A DNA stretch of 64,000 nt from Thermoproteota archaeon (GTDB lineage: Archaea; Thermoproteota; Thermoprotei; Gearchaeales; Gearchaeaceae). The stretch's first letter is position 1. Each line of letters opens with the position of its first letter. The translations under genes and the position numbers were made by a program. The DNA is taken from positions 64,001 to 128,000 of the forward strand of contig JAVVGF010000001.1 of NCBI GenBank assembly GCA_032249235.1, written 5' to 3'. The notes beneath the pieces are model-generated. The model was not told the DNA's origin, searched no databases, and was given only the letters and a program-made list of their open reading frames with translations. Shown here piece by piece: positions 38,392 through 48,371 of this stretch.

Positions 38392-40104
38392 CTAATAGCC
38401 AGGTATATCTAATTTTAATAAGCTTTTTTCATAGTAATCCTTTATTTCTTTTGTAAACTCCTTATAATCTATGATATTTAGTATAGCAGGTAGTCTTATA
38501 GCTTCACCATATACAAGAGCCTCTTTTCTTTTTAAATTTGAAATGACAGGAATGAACAAATTTTGAAATTTTAATCCGCGTGTGCATGCTTCAATATCTT
38601 TTTCACTGGTTAATGTGAAAATGAAATAATTCCAAAGCATTGCTAAAACATCTTCATGAATTTGCGAAGGTCTTTGATCAATTATGCAAAGAACAATACC
38701 TCTTTTCCTTAGTTCTCTTGCAATGTTTCCAAATGCGGTTTTGTAATAAAGTTCGCCAGATAAAAACTTATGAGCTTCTTCAAGGAAAATAATCAATTTA
38801 TACTTGAGCTGTTTGCCTTCCATTATATCGCTTATAGCTCTCTGCCATATCTTTTTAGATAAAAGATGTGCGATCAACGTATAAACTCTTGCATCATCTC
38901 CATATCTTCCAAAGCTTATTATAATGCTTCTTTCGCCTTTAAATAGCTCCTCTACGATTTCTTTCACACAATCTTTCTTATTTGGATTTAAGAATTCATA
39001 TCTTCTTAATTGATTTAATCTAACTTTTCCTGATCTAAATGACTGTACAGCTCCAGCTCCTAGCTTTTGTATCTCTTCTTCAATTTTACCTTCTAAATAT
39101 GCTTTCCTCTTTTCAAAATCTTCTCTATTTTCAAAAAATCCCAACAAATACAATATCCAAGTATGATCCTTTTTGTAAATTTCATCTCTCAGAACGCTAT
39201 CCTTTTCGAATATTTGATTGATTATTCTTCTGTAGCTACCTAAATAATCTATGAATGCATCTGACAAATTCAAATTTTCTTTTAAAATTTCTATATCTTC
39301 CATTGTGAGCTCTTTAGGGTCAATCGTAAATTCTTCTAAACCAAACTCTCTAGCTAAAATCGAATCAGGTGTATATACTTTAAAATCGTTCTTAAAAAGC
39401 AATCCAACACCATCTGCATAGTCGTTACCATGCATATCTTTTACTTTTAGCCCATACTCGCTATGCATATCGAATATTAAAAGCTTCGTTTTCTTATCTT
39501 GATCATGAAATCTATTCGTTAAAATAATCAATGAAGCTAAGATATTGCCTAAATGAGTCTTACCTGTCCCAGATTTTCCAAATATACCGAAGGATCCTCT
39601 AGTTATTAATTCAACGTTAATGGGTATTTTAACCTTTAAGTCTAATTCTTTTATTGCATGCTTTGTATATCCTATGCCCCAACTTGTCTTATTATCCATT
39701 TTTCCATAGAAATTCTCTATATCTTCCTCTTTCGGTAAATAAATTCTACTTTCATGTACAGGAATTGTATCTACTTCTTCAACACTACTTTGGTTTGTTT
39801 GAGCTAAAGGTATTATTAAAAATGAAGTTGAAAACTTACCTAAATTACTATAGGTCTTTATAGTCGTTTCAGCAATTTTTTTGCTTTCTCCTTCTTTAGC
39901 TAGTTGTTTAGCTAATTCACTAGCTTTATCTGAACCTGATGAATGGAAGATCTCGGCTACTAAACCCAAATATTTTCTCTTTGCACCTTCAACTACTATC
40001 AATGAGTTTGTTGCAATATCTTCTGTTAAGTTATAATCCTTTAATTGAGCAGTTAACCCACGTGTAGAGCTTGCATCAACTATATAAGCGAATTCTTTAT
40101 CCAT
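38392..40104 (-). CDS. herA: HerA/FtsK-family ATPase (DUF87), bacterial-like subgroup
   Basis: N-terminal HAS-barrel-like region, Walker A GKSGTGKT, FDMHSEY, Walker B FLEEAH, IARELRK arginine finger, DQRPS. Confidence 0.88.
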   Translation of the reverse strand: MDKEFAYIVDASSTRGLTAQLKDYNLTEDIATNSLIVVEGAKRKYLGLVAEIFHSSGSDKASELAKQLAKEGESKKIAETTIKTYSNLGKFSTSFLIIPLAQTNQSSVEEVDTIPVHESRIYLPKEEDIENFYGKMDNKTSWGIGYTKHAIKELDLKVKIPINVELITRGSFGIFGKSGTGKTHLGNILASLIILTNRFHDQDKKTKLLIFDMHSEYGLKVKDMHGNDYADGVGLLFKNDFKVYTPDSILAREFGLEEFTIDPKELTMEDIEILKENLNLSDAFIDYLGSYRRIINQIFEKDSVLRDEIYKKDHTWILYLLGFFENREDFEKRKAYLEGKIEEEIQKLGAGAVQSFRSGKVRLNQLRRYEFLNPNKKDCVKEIVEELFKGERSIIISFGRYGDDARVYTLIAHLLSKKIWQRAISDIMEGKQLKYKLIIFLEEAHKFLSGELYYKTAFGNIARELRKRGIVLCIIDQRPSQIHEDVLAMLWNYFIFTLTSEKDIEACTRGLKFQNLFIPVISNLKRKEALVYGEAIRLPAILNIIDYKEFTKEIKDYYEKSLLKLDIPGY

Positions 40105-40759
40105 GTTTATTTATTTTCAATGCTTTTTCAAATGCTCTATTCACAGAATCTATGAGATCTCCAAGATAGTTTTCTTCCAAATTATTATGTAGCGTTCTTA
40201 AAAGTATGTACATTTCCTCTTCATTAAAATATTTCATAAGATTTCTAAAATAAACTTCGAGAAAATAATTGAATAAGTTCCTTTCGTCGCTTGGCAAAGT
40301 GTTATATATAATCGGTATATAACGAATTCCTTCTTCATTTATCAAATGCATATCCCTTATCAATTCCTTATCAGGAATAAAAACGAGATCATGGATAAGT
40401 GGGATTTTATTAGGTCTTCCTTGTTTTATTCCATTACTATCTACATATGCTACTATAATAGCTCCGCATGTTATAGCGAATTTATCAAGAATGTCTTTAT
40501 AATCCATACCTAATTCTTCTCTCTTTCTTCTTAATGGTTTTAGTCTATCAGTAAGAGGGATTAAAGGCTCGATTGCTTGAGACGTAACAATTCCGATATG
40601 AATTTCATCTCCTGCTAGAGCTGCTACAAATGAAGAATAATCTGGAATGTGATAGAAATCATAAAGTTGGAATTCAAAATACTTATGTTGTGCTTTTAAT
40701 ATTTCTCCTATTGCTTCCTTTGATTCTTTACTCTTGAATATTTCAACCCAATTTTTCAT
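40097..40759 (-). CDS. Stand-alone HAS-barrel domain protein
   Basis: IGEI...P.YSSFV...IGIV...IVAY...QGRP...P.IHDLV pattern; sits between nurA and herA with overlapping codons. Confidence 0.65.
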   Translation of the reverse strand: MKNWVEIFKSKESKEAIGEILKAQHKYFEFQLYDFYHIPDYSSFVAALAGDEIHIGIVTSQAIEPLIPLTDRLKPLRRKREELGMDYKDILDKFAITCGAIIVAYVDSNGIKQGRPNKIPLIHDLVFIPDKELIRDMHLINEEGIRYIPIIYNTLPSDERNLFNYFLEVYFRNLMKYFNEEEMYILLRTLHNNLEENYLGDLIDSVNRAFEKALKINKHG

Positions 40760-41874
40760 ATTATTCTTAACAGTTTTCTTTCAAGCTTTTTGCTCATCTT
40801 AACAGGATATATACCAGGAAGTTCCTTATCTAGCATGCTTAAAATGAATCTTTTTTCTCTTTCAGATAAATAAGCTTGTTCATGTGCTCTTTCCATGCAA
40901 TATGGATAACCGCCGCCTATTATGCTTTGTAAAAACACGATTTTGCTTATTTCATCTACCATGTTTTCAAGTTCTTCAGGAATTTCTACACGAAGTACGT
41001 TTCCTTCAGATACTTTAATGTAAAACGTATAGATTGTTTTATTAATCAGAGTGCATGGTAAGTTTTCAATCTTCAAAAGAGGGCTTCTTTGACCCACTTT
41101 AAGGATCTTATCGAAAAGTTGTTTATCGCTGATCTTTATTTCCTCTAGCTTGGTATCTTTATTAAGGAAATTTATAAAAGGTCTAGCCATACTATAAAAG
41201 ACTGCAATAGGATAAGTTCCTTTTTTAATCATCAAGTTTATGTTTTCAAATAATTTCTCCATTATTTTTTCAATAACATTTTCTTTCATGCTAGCAAGAA
41301 AACTGGAAGATAAACTTTCATCTAAGAAAACGTAGGAGCCTTTTATATCTATCCTTTTGCTAATTTCTTCAATTATATTTGCATATTCCTCCAATCTTAA
41401 ATATTGTAGAATCCAAGAAGAAATCCTGCTTTCCTCGATTATTTCCTCAACTTTTTTCTTTGTATAAAACTTTGGAATGCTCTCTTCTAGGTATTGATTT
41501 TTTTCATAATCGTAGAAGAAATAGCCAATATTTATTAAGATGAAATAAGGCGTGATATGATGAGAAGTCATTTCGCTAGTATCTAATGCAAGTACTTTTT
41601 TATTCCTTATTCTATCGAAAGCCCATCTATTTTCGCTCAGATTTTGATTTATGTTAGTTATATCAATGCAATTCTTGAATTTGATCCCCTCAACTGGATA
41701 AGCAAACTCCTTTCTTTTATCCTTGATAAGCCAACTCTCTAATGCTTCATCCTTAAATTCAAAATAAGCTTTTTTAAGTCTATCAAGAACATTTTTCTCA
41801 AGTTCCATATCTTCAATTAAATCTGAGCTTACTTTCTTAATCACTTTTATAATTAAAGCTTGATTCAGCATCAA
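40756..41874 (-). CDS. nurA: NurA-family nuclease
   Basis: ALDTS..SHH...LINIG, FLDESL, RVEIP, GYPYCMERAHEQA. Confidence 0.82.
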   Translation of the reverse strand: MMLNQALIIKVIKKVSSDLIEDMELEKNVLDRLKKAYFEFKDEALESWLIKDKRKEFAYPVEGIKFKNCIDITNINQNLSENRWAFDRIRNKKVLALDTSEMTSHHITPYFILINIGYFFYDYEKNQYLEESIPKFYTKKKVEEIIEESRISSWILQYLRLEEYANIIEEISKRIDIKGSYVFLDESLSSSFLASMKENVIEKIMEKLFENINLMIKKGTYPIAVFYSMARPFINFLNKDTKLEEIKISDKQLFDKILKVGQRSPLLKIENLPCTLINKTIYTFYIKVSEGNVLRVEIPEELENMVDEISKIVFLQSIIGGGYPYCMERAHEQAYLSEREKRFILSMLDKELPGIYPVKMSKKLERKLLRII

Positions 41875-41901
41875 TCTAAAATGAACAAATCAATATTTAT
41901 G

Positions 41902-42431
41902 TTAGCTTTTTTTCAAAACTTTAATTAGCTCATTATATAGCTCATTAAAAATTCTGTTCCAGTTTTCTCTTGTTAAAAAGATCAATTTCTTTTCTCCTAT
42001 AACCATGTTCGCGTAGTTCAAATATTTTCTATGCAATGTTGCAAGCAAATGTTTTTCAGACCTTAATATTTTTTCAATAGTTATTTTAAAATTAATGCTC
42101 ATGAATTCCATTGCACCAATTTCATCACAAACAATTAAATCGCTTTCATTTAATGCTCTCTCTAAAGCTTTTACACCTATTTCTTCTAAATCTTTTAGGT
42201 TTATTATATAAGCGCCAAACTTAGGTCCTTGGAATATTTGTTCTTTTGATGCCAAAATTCCCTTTTCATTATATTTCAAATCTAGAATGCTAAAGCCTAT
42301 TCTTGTATTATTTTTTCTTATTTCCTGCGTTACGAATCCATCATATTTTATTCCTTCAGTCTTTAGTTTCTCTATCAAGTTAAGTATTAATGTAGTTTTA
42401 CCTGATCCAGGCTCGCCTGTTATTAACCATT

Positions 42432-42441
<10 letters not shown>
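41902..42441 (-). CDS. Nucleoside-triphosphatase (THEP1 family)
   Basis: TGEPGSGKTT, GF.TQEIR...RIGF, DEIGAME. Confidence 0.92.
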
Positions 42442-43574
<1,133 letters not shown>

Positions 43575-43581
43575 CTAATTG

Positions 43582-44388
43582 CTAATTCTCATTTAATATA
43601 ATATCTTTTATTTTTTTAGCCAACTCTTCGTTATTCGTAACAAGAACAGCAACTCTCTTATTTTCTAGAATACTTACTTTATTTAAATCATCATTTAAGA
43701 TTTCAACATATCCTCCTGCATTTTTAACCATGAACATTCCTCCTACTATATCAAGTAATCTTACTCTAGGTGTAGGAACAATGAATGCATCTAACTTTCC
43801 TGATGCAACGTATGCTAAATCTAATGCTATTGCTCCGAAAAACCTAATATATCTAATAGCTTCGAGTATTTTATTCAAAGTCTTACCATATATAATGGTT
43901 TCTTTCGTCAGCTTAACATCAATGCTCGCAATTACTTCATTTAGATCAACTGTCTTAGAAGTCTTAACCTCTTTACCGTTTAGATAAGTTTTATTACCGT
44001 CTGAAATGAACATATCTCCACGAATTAAGTCAATAGTTCCCGATATTATAATATCTTGAAATCTTTCTCCTTTTGCTAATACTAATGTAGTTGCACAAAA
44101 TGGTAAGTCTCTAAAGGTATTGGTGCTTCCATCTACAGGATCAACGATTGCAATTCCTTCCCCATAACCTTCAATTATTCCTTTTTCTTCTGACAAAATT
44201 TTACCTACTTTATCTTTTAATTCGTTGATAATGACCTCTTCAACATATTCATCAAAATAAAGCGTTATGTCACCTCCATATCCTTTTTTAATCTTTTCTT
44301 TGAACTTTTGAGACTGTTTTACTTCATGGAACGCATTATATGCTTTATTCAATATATTTTCAGCCAGCTCAATGTAATTCATATGCAA
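43582..44388 (-). CDS. Inositol monophosphatase / fructose-1,6-bisphosphatase family protein
   Basis: SEE.G, DPVDGSTN, R..GAIALDL..VA.G, D..GG. Confidence 0.88.
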   Translation of the reverse strand: MHMNYIELAENILNKAYNAFHEVKQSQKFKEKIKKGYGGDITLYFDEYVEEVIINELKDKVGKILSEEKGIIEGYGEGIAIVDPVDGSTNTFRDLPFCATTLVLAKGERFQDIIISGTIDLIRGDMFISDGNKTYLNGKEVKTSKTVDLNEVIASIDVKLTKETIIYGKTLNKILEAIRYIRFFGAIALDLAYVASGKLDAFIVPTPRVRLLDIVGGMFMVKNAGGYVEILNDDLNKVSILENKRVAVLVTNNEELAKKIKDIILNEN

Positions 44389-44420
44389 GACTTATAAGAA
44401 TTCTTAACTCTATATAAATT

Positions 44421-44903
44421 GTGCTTCCTGAAGCAATAGAAAAACTTTTTGAAGAAGCTCTAGTTGCTGAGTTCGCAACTATAGATCATCATGGTATAAT
44501 TCATGTTCATCCAATGTTACCTTTGTATAAAAAAGGTCAAGGATATTTGGTTTTCACTTCAAGCATTTTATTCAGTAAGAAAGTAGAGTACATAAGAGAA
44601 AATCCAAAAGTCTCTGTTTTCTTCAATAATGAAGCAGGTGTTAGAACTAAAGAATATTTTCCAGTCTTAGTCAAAGGTTTAGCAAGCTATGATGATTCAG
44701 ATATCCATGAAAAATGGATGAAATATTTAGATTTATGGAAAAGAAAAGAACCATACATTGGTAAGTTATTAAAACAGAGATTTGCATTGCCTCTTTTCTG
44801 GGAAAGAGTGATCATAGAAGTAAAACCTATCAAGATTTATGCATGGAGGAATGGAGCTATAAATGAAGAACCAATAGTAATCGATGCTGAAAATGAGATT
44901 TGA
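44421..44903 (+). CDS. Pyridoxamine 5'-phosphate oxidase-like split-barrel protein
   Basis: EFATID..G..H..P, KVEYIRENPKVSV, V.VKG.A, R.IIEV.P.K...W. Confidence 0.8.
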   Translation: MLPEAIEKLFEEALVAEFATIDHHGIIHVHPMLPLYKKGQGYLVFTSSILFSKKVEYIRENPKVSVFFNNEAGVRTKEYFPVLVKGLASYDDSDIHEKWMKYLDLWKRKEPYIGKLLKQRFALPLFWERVIIEVKPIKIYAWRNGAINEEPIVIDAENEI

Positions 44904-46227
44904 AGATCTAATTAAATATATAAAAGAAAATTTCAAGGAGAAGCCATCAATCCATTTCATAGATGAAGATGGATTTCCTATAGCATATGCTGTAGATGTA
45001 GAGATATCGCATGAGATAATAATCAAAACTCCAAAATATTTGAATATTAAGGATAAAGAAGTAAATCTCGTCTTCAATCATATAACCGAGATTCCTAGCG
45101 GCGGTTATACTGATAGGAGATATATTGTAATAAGGGGTAAAGTTCAAGATATCGAAGGGAATTTAGTATTAAAACCAACTAAATATTACAATTGGGATGA
45201 AAAACAATTACCATTCGTTAGCTATTGCGAAAAGAACGTAAACAGAGCCAAAGAGTATCTAGAGAATTTATCTAAGTTGAAAGGAAAGCCTGTAAAACCA
45301 AAAATCGGAGGCTTTTGGTTGATATTCAAAACGATAAGGTTACCTTTCTTAATTGCAAGTATAATTCCTGCTCTAATAGGAATAATGATCGCTATCAACG
45401 AAGGTTTCATAGATATAATTTCTGCATTTTTGATCGTAGCAGGCGTAGCTATAATACATGCGGCATTGAATGTTGCGAACGATTATCATGACCACATAAC
45501 AGGAGCTGATGTGATCAATTTAACACCTACTCCTTTTTCAGGAGGCTCTAGAGTAATTCAACATGGTCTTATTGAACCTTCAACTTCCTTCAAGATCTTT
45601 TCATCTCTTTACATCGCTGGAATAGCAATAGGATTATACTTCACTCTATTAAGGGGCATTTGGGTTCTAATAATATTAAGCATAGGAGTTTTCATAAGCT
45701 ATTTCTATAGTGCAAAGCCTTTGAGATTCGCAGAAAAAGGATTGGGAGAAATAATGGTAGGAATAGGTTTCGGTCCAATAATAACACTAGGTTCATATGT
45801 AGCGATGACAGGTAAGCTATCTCTCATTCCTTTATTAGTTTCGATACCTATAGGTACACTTATAGCTTTAATATTATATGTCAACGAAATACCTGATAGA
45901 GAATGGGATATTAAAGCAGGAAAATTAACTTTAGTTGCAAGAATGAAAAAAGAAAAAATAGCCAAAGGCTATTTGATCGGGATAATAATTACTTATCTTT
46001 CTTATGTATTATGTCTATTTTTAAGAGCATTACCAATTTATTCTCTTCTTGTTTTAGCATTGTTACCTTTGGCAATCAAAGTCTATAAAGGAATAAAATC
46101 TGGATATCATGATCCATATTCGATGATTCCAGTATGCGCGACACATATAAGCTTTTATATCTATTTTGCTCTCCTAGTATTGCTTTCTTTAATTTTAAAT
46201 CTTATGTCGGTTAATTTACCACTTTAA
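44884..46227 (+). CDS. UbiA/MenA-family prenyltransferase with an N-terminal soluble domain of about 140 aa
   Basis: RLPFL.AS, NVANDYHD...GAD, PFSGGSRVI, Y.A.P....GLGE, NEIPD..WD..AGK.TL; hydrophobic C-terminal two thirds. Confidence 0.85.
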   Translation: MLKMRFEDLIKYIKENFKEKPSIHFIDEDGFPIAYAVDVEISHEIIIKTPKYLNIKDKEVNLVFNHITEIPSGGYTDRRYIVIRGKVQDIEGNLVLKPTKYYNWDEKQLPFVSYCEKNVNRAKEYLENLSKLKGKPVKPKIGGFWLIFKTIRLPFLIASIIPALIGIMIAINEGFIDIISAFLIVAGVAIIHAALNVANDYHDHITGADVINLTPTPFSGGSRVIQHGLIEPSTSFKIFSSLYIAGIAIGLYFTLLRGIWVLIILSIGVFISYFYSAKPLRFAEKGLGEIMVGIGFGPIITLGSYVAMTGKLSLIPLLVSIPIGTLIALILYVNEIPDREWDIKAGKLTLVARMKKEKIAKGYLIGIIITYLSYVLCLFLRALPIYSLLVLALLPLAIKVYKGIKSGYHDPYSMIPVCATHISFYIYFALLVLLSLILNLMSVNLPL

Positions 46228-46228
46228 G

Positions 46229-46302
46229 TGGGGTCGCCAGGATTTGAACCTGGGACCACGCGGTCCCAAGCCGCGCATTCTACCAAGCTAAACTACGACC
46301 CC
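46229..46302 (-). tRNA. tRNA-Pro (TGG)
   Basis: Cloverleaf GGGGTCG/CGACCCC, anticodon arm CGCGG-CTTGGGA-CCGCG, T-loop TTCAAAT; CCA not encoded. Confidence 0.95.
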
Positions 46303-46356
46303 TTAATTTTTTTAAATAAAGACCAATTTTAATTTTTCTTCATCAATAAAAGATTT

Positions 46357-47391
46357 GTGATCACTAAGATAATCAAAGTCAATCCTTTAAACTTCACAAA
46401 AGATGAAATTAAGGAGGCAATAGAATTAATAAGAAACGGTGAACTTGTAGCTTTTCCTACCGAGACAGTCTATGGATTAGGAGCTGATGCGACTAATTCA
46501 AATGCAGTCAAAAAAATATTTTTTACAAAGAGAAGACCTTTAGATAATCCTGTAATTGTTCACATCTCTGATTTGAATAATCTAATAAACGTAGCCTTAG
46601 AAGTGCCTGAAGAAATCTTTGATTTAGCAAGAAAATTCTGGCCAGGACCTTTAACTTTTGTTCTTAAAAGAAATCCCTCAATAGCTCCTGAAGTTTCAGC
46701 AGGCTTAGATACAGTTGCTGTTCGTTGTCCTGCACATCCAGTAGCTCTTGAATTGATCAAATCTTCAGAAAAGCCAATTGCTGCGCCTAGTGCAAATAAA
46801 GCAGGCAAACCTAGTCCTACTAGAGCTGAGCATGTGCTTGATGATTTCAAAGATGAAATTCCTCTAATAATAGATGCTGGAAGCACAATTTATGGTGTTG
46901 AATCAACAGTTATTGATGTTACAAAAAAACCTCCTGTTCTTTTAAGACCTGGCGCAATGCCAATTGAAGAAATAATGAAATATATCGGCGAGATTCATAT
47001 ACCTGAATTTGTAAGAGGACTAGGTAAATTTGAAGGTCCTGCATTATCTCCTGGCTTGAAATATAGACATTATTCGCCTGAGAAACCTTTAATTTTGGTC
47101 GAAGGAGAAGACAAACTCAATGCTCTAAAGAAACTGTTAGAAGAATACAAGAATGCAGGTTTAATACTTACGAAAGAAACTGCAAATTTCTTTAAAGATC
47201 AAAAAGAGCTAATAATTATAGGTAGCAAAGATAATCTTTTTGAAATCGCATTCAATCTATTTTCTTCCCTAAGAGAAATGGATAAAAGGAATATCGATGT
47301 AATAATCATCGAAGGGGTTGAAGAAAAAGGAATTGGTTTAGCTATCATGAATCGCTTAAGAAAAGCTGCGAGCAAAATAATAATAAGCTAG
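46357..47391 (+). CDS. sua5: Threonylcarbamoyl-AMP synthase Sua5
   Basis: VAFPTETVYGLGA, K.RP.DNP, PGPLT, APSAN, PG.KYRHYSP. Confidence 0.96.
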   Translation: MITKIIKVNPLNFTKDEIKEAIELIRNGELVAFPTETVYGLGADATNSNAVKKIFFTKRRPLDNPVIVHISDLNNLINVALEVPEEIFDLARKFWPGPLTFVLKRNPSIAPEVSAGLDTVAVRCPAHPVALELIKSSEKPIAAPSANKAGKPSPTRAEHVLDDFKDEIPLIIDAGSTIYGVESTVIDVTKKPPVLLRPGAMPIEEIMKYIGEIHIPEFVRGLGKFEGPALSPGLKYRHYSPEKPLILVEGEDKLNALKKLLEEYKNAGLILTKETANFFKDQKELIIIGSKDNLFEIAFNLFSSLREMDKRNIDVIIIEGVEEKGIGLAIMNRLRKAASKIIIS

Positions 47392-48344
47392 TGAAAGTTT
47401 CTAACATCATGAAATACATAACTTTAGAAAGTCTTGATGTAAAAGTTTCAGCTATAGGTTTAGGATGTTGGCAATTCGGAGATCCTAATTGGGGCTGGAG
47501 TAGTGAACTGAATGAAGAAAAAGCAATTAAGATTATTCAAGAAGCCTTCAATTTAGGAGTCAATTTCTTTGACACTGCAGAGATTTATGGCGAAGGTATT
47601 TCAGAACAAGTGTTAGGAAAAGCGTTGAAGGGAATAAGGGATGAAGTTGTCATAGCTACAAAAGTTGCTCCTTTTCATTTAAGATACAAAGACGTAATCA
47701 AAGCTTGTGAAGGAAGTCTTAAAAGGTTGAATACGGATAGGATAGACTTATATCAGATCCATTGGCCTCACAATTATATTCCTTTAAGAGAAACTGCAAA
47801 AGCATTGGATGAATTATATCTTCAAAACAAGATTAGAGCTGTAGGCGTAAGCAATTTTCCCGTCCCTATGATAAGAGAATTGAAAAGATACTTGAAGCAT
47901 GCTCCGCTAGTATCGAATCAAGTTCAATACAATCTCATTGAAAGATTAGCAGAAAAGGAAATCATAAGATATTGCAAAAGAATGAAAATGATCATAATAG
48001 CTTACAGTCCTTTAGCGCAAGGATTGTTAACAGGAAAATATAACTTAACAAACATTCCTACAGATAATATAAGAAAAGGTAAAGCGTGGTTCAAAAAAGA
48101 AAATTTTGAAAAGATAATGAATGTATTAAAGGAACTTGAAATCATAGCTAAGAAGTATGAGAAAAAGCTCAGTCAAATTGCTCTAAATTGGATCATTTCG
48201 CATTCAAATACGATAGCCATACCTGGAGCTAAAAGCATTGAGCAGCTTAGAGAAAATATTGAAGCTGGAAATTTTCAGCTTAAAAGAGAAGATTTCAGAT
48301 ACATCTCAAAGCTTACAGAAAATTTAGAATTAGACTATTTTTAA
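47391..48344 (+). CDS. Aldo/keto reductase
   Basis: GLGCWQ, FDTAEIYG, ATK, DLYQIHWP, GVSNF, AYSPLAQG, IPGAK. Confidence 0.93.
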   Translation: MKVSNIMKYITLESLDVKVSAIGLGCWQFGDPNWGWSSELNEEKAIKIIQEAFNLGVNFFDTAEIYGEGISEQVLGKALKGIRDEVVIATKVAPFHLRYKDVIKACEGSLKRLNTDRIDLYQIHWPHNYIPLRETAKALDELYLQNKIRAVGVSNFPVPMIRELKRYLKHAPLVSNQVQYNLIERLAEKEIIRYCKRMKMIIIAYSPLAQGLLTGKYNLTNIPTDNIRKGKAWFKKENFEKIMNVLKELEIIAKKYEKKLSQIALNWIISHSNTIAIPGAKSIEQLRENIEAGNFQLKREDFRYISKLTENLELDYF

Positions 48345-48371
48345 ACTTTTTAGTCTCTTTATTTATTTTTA

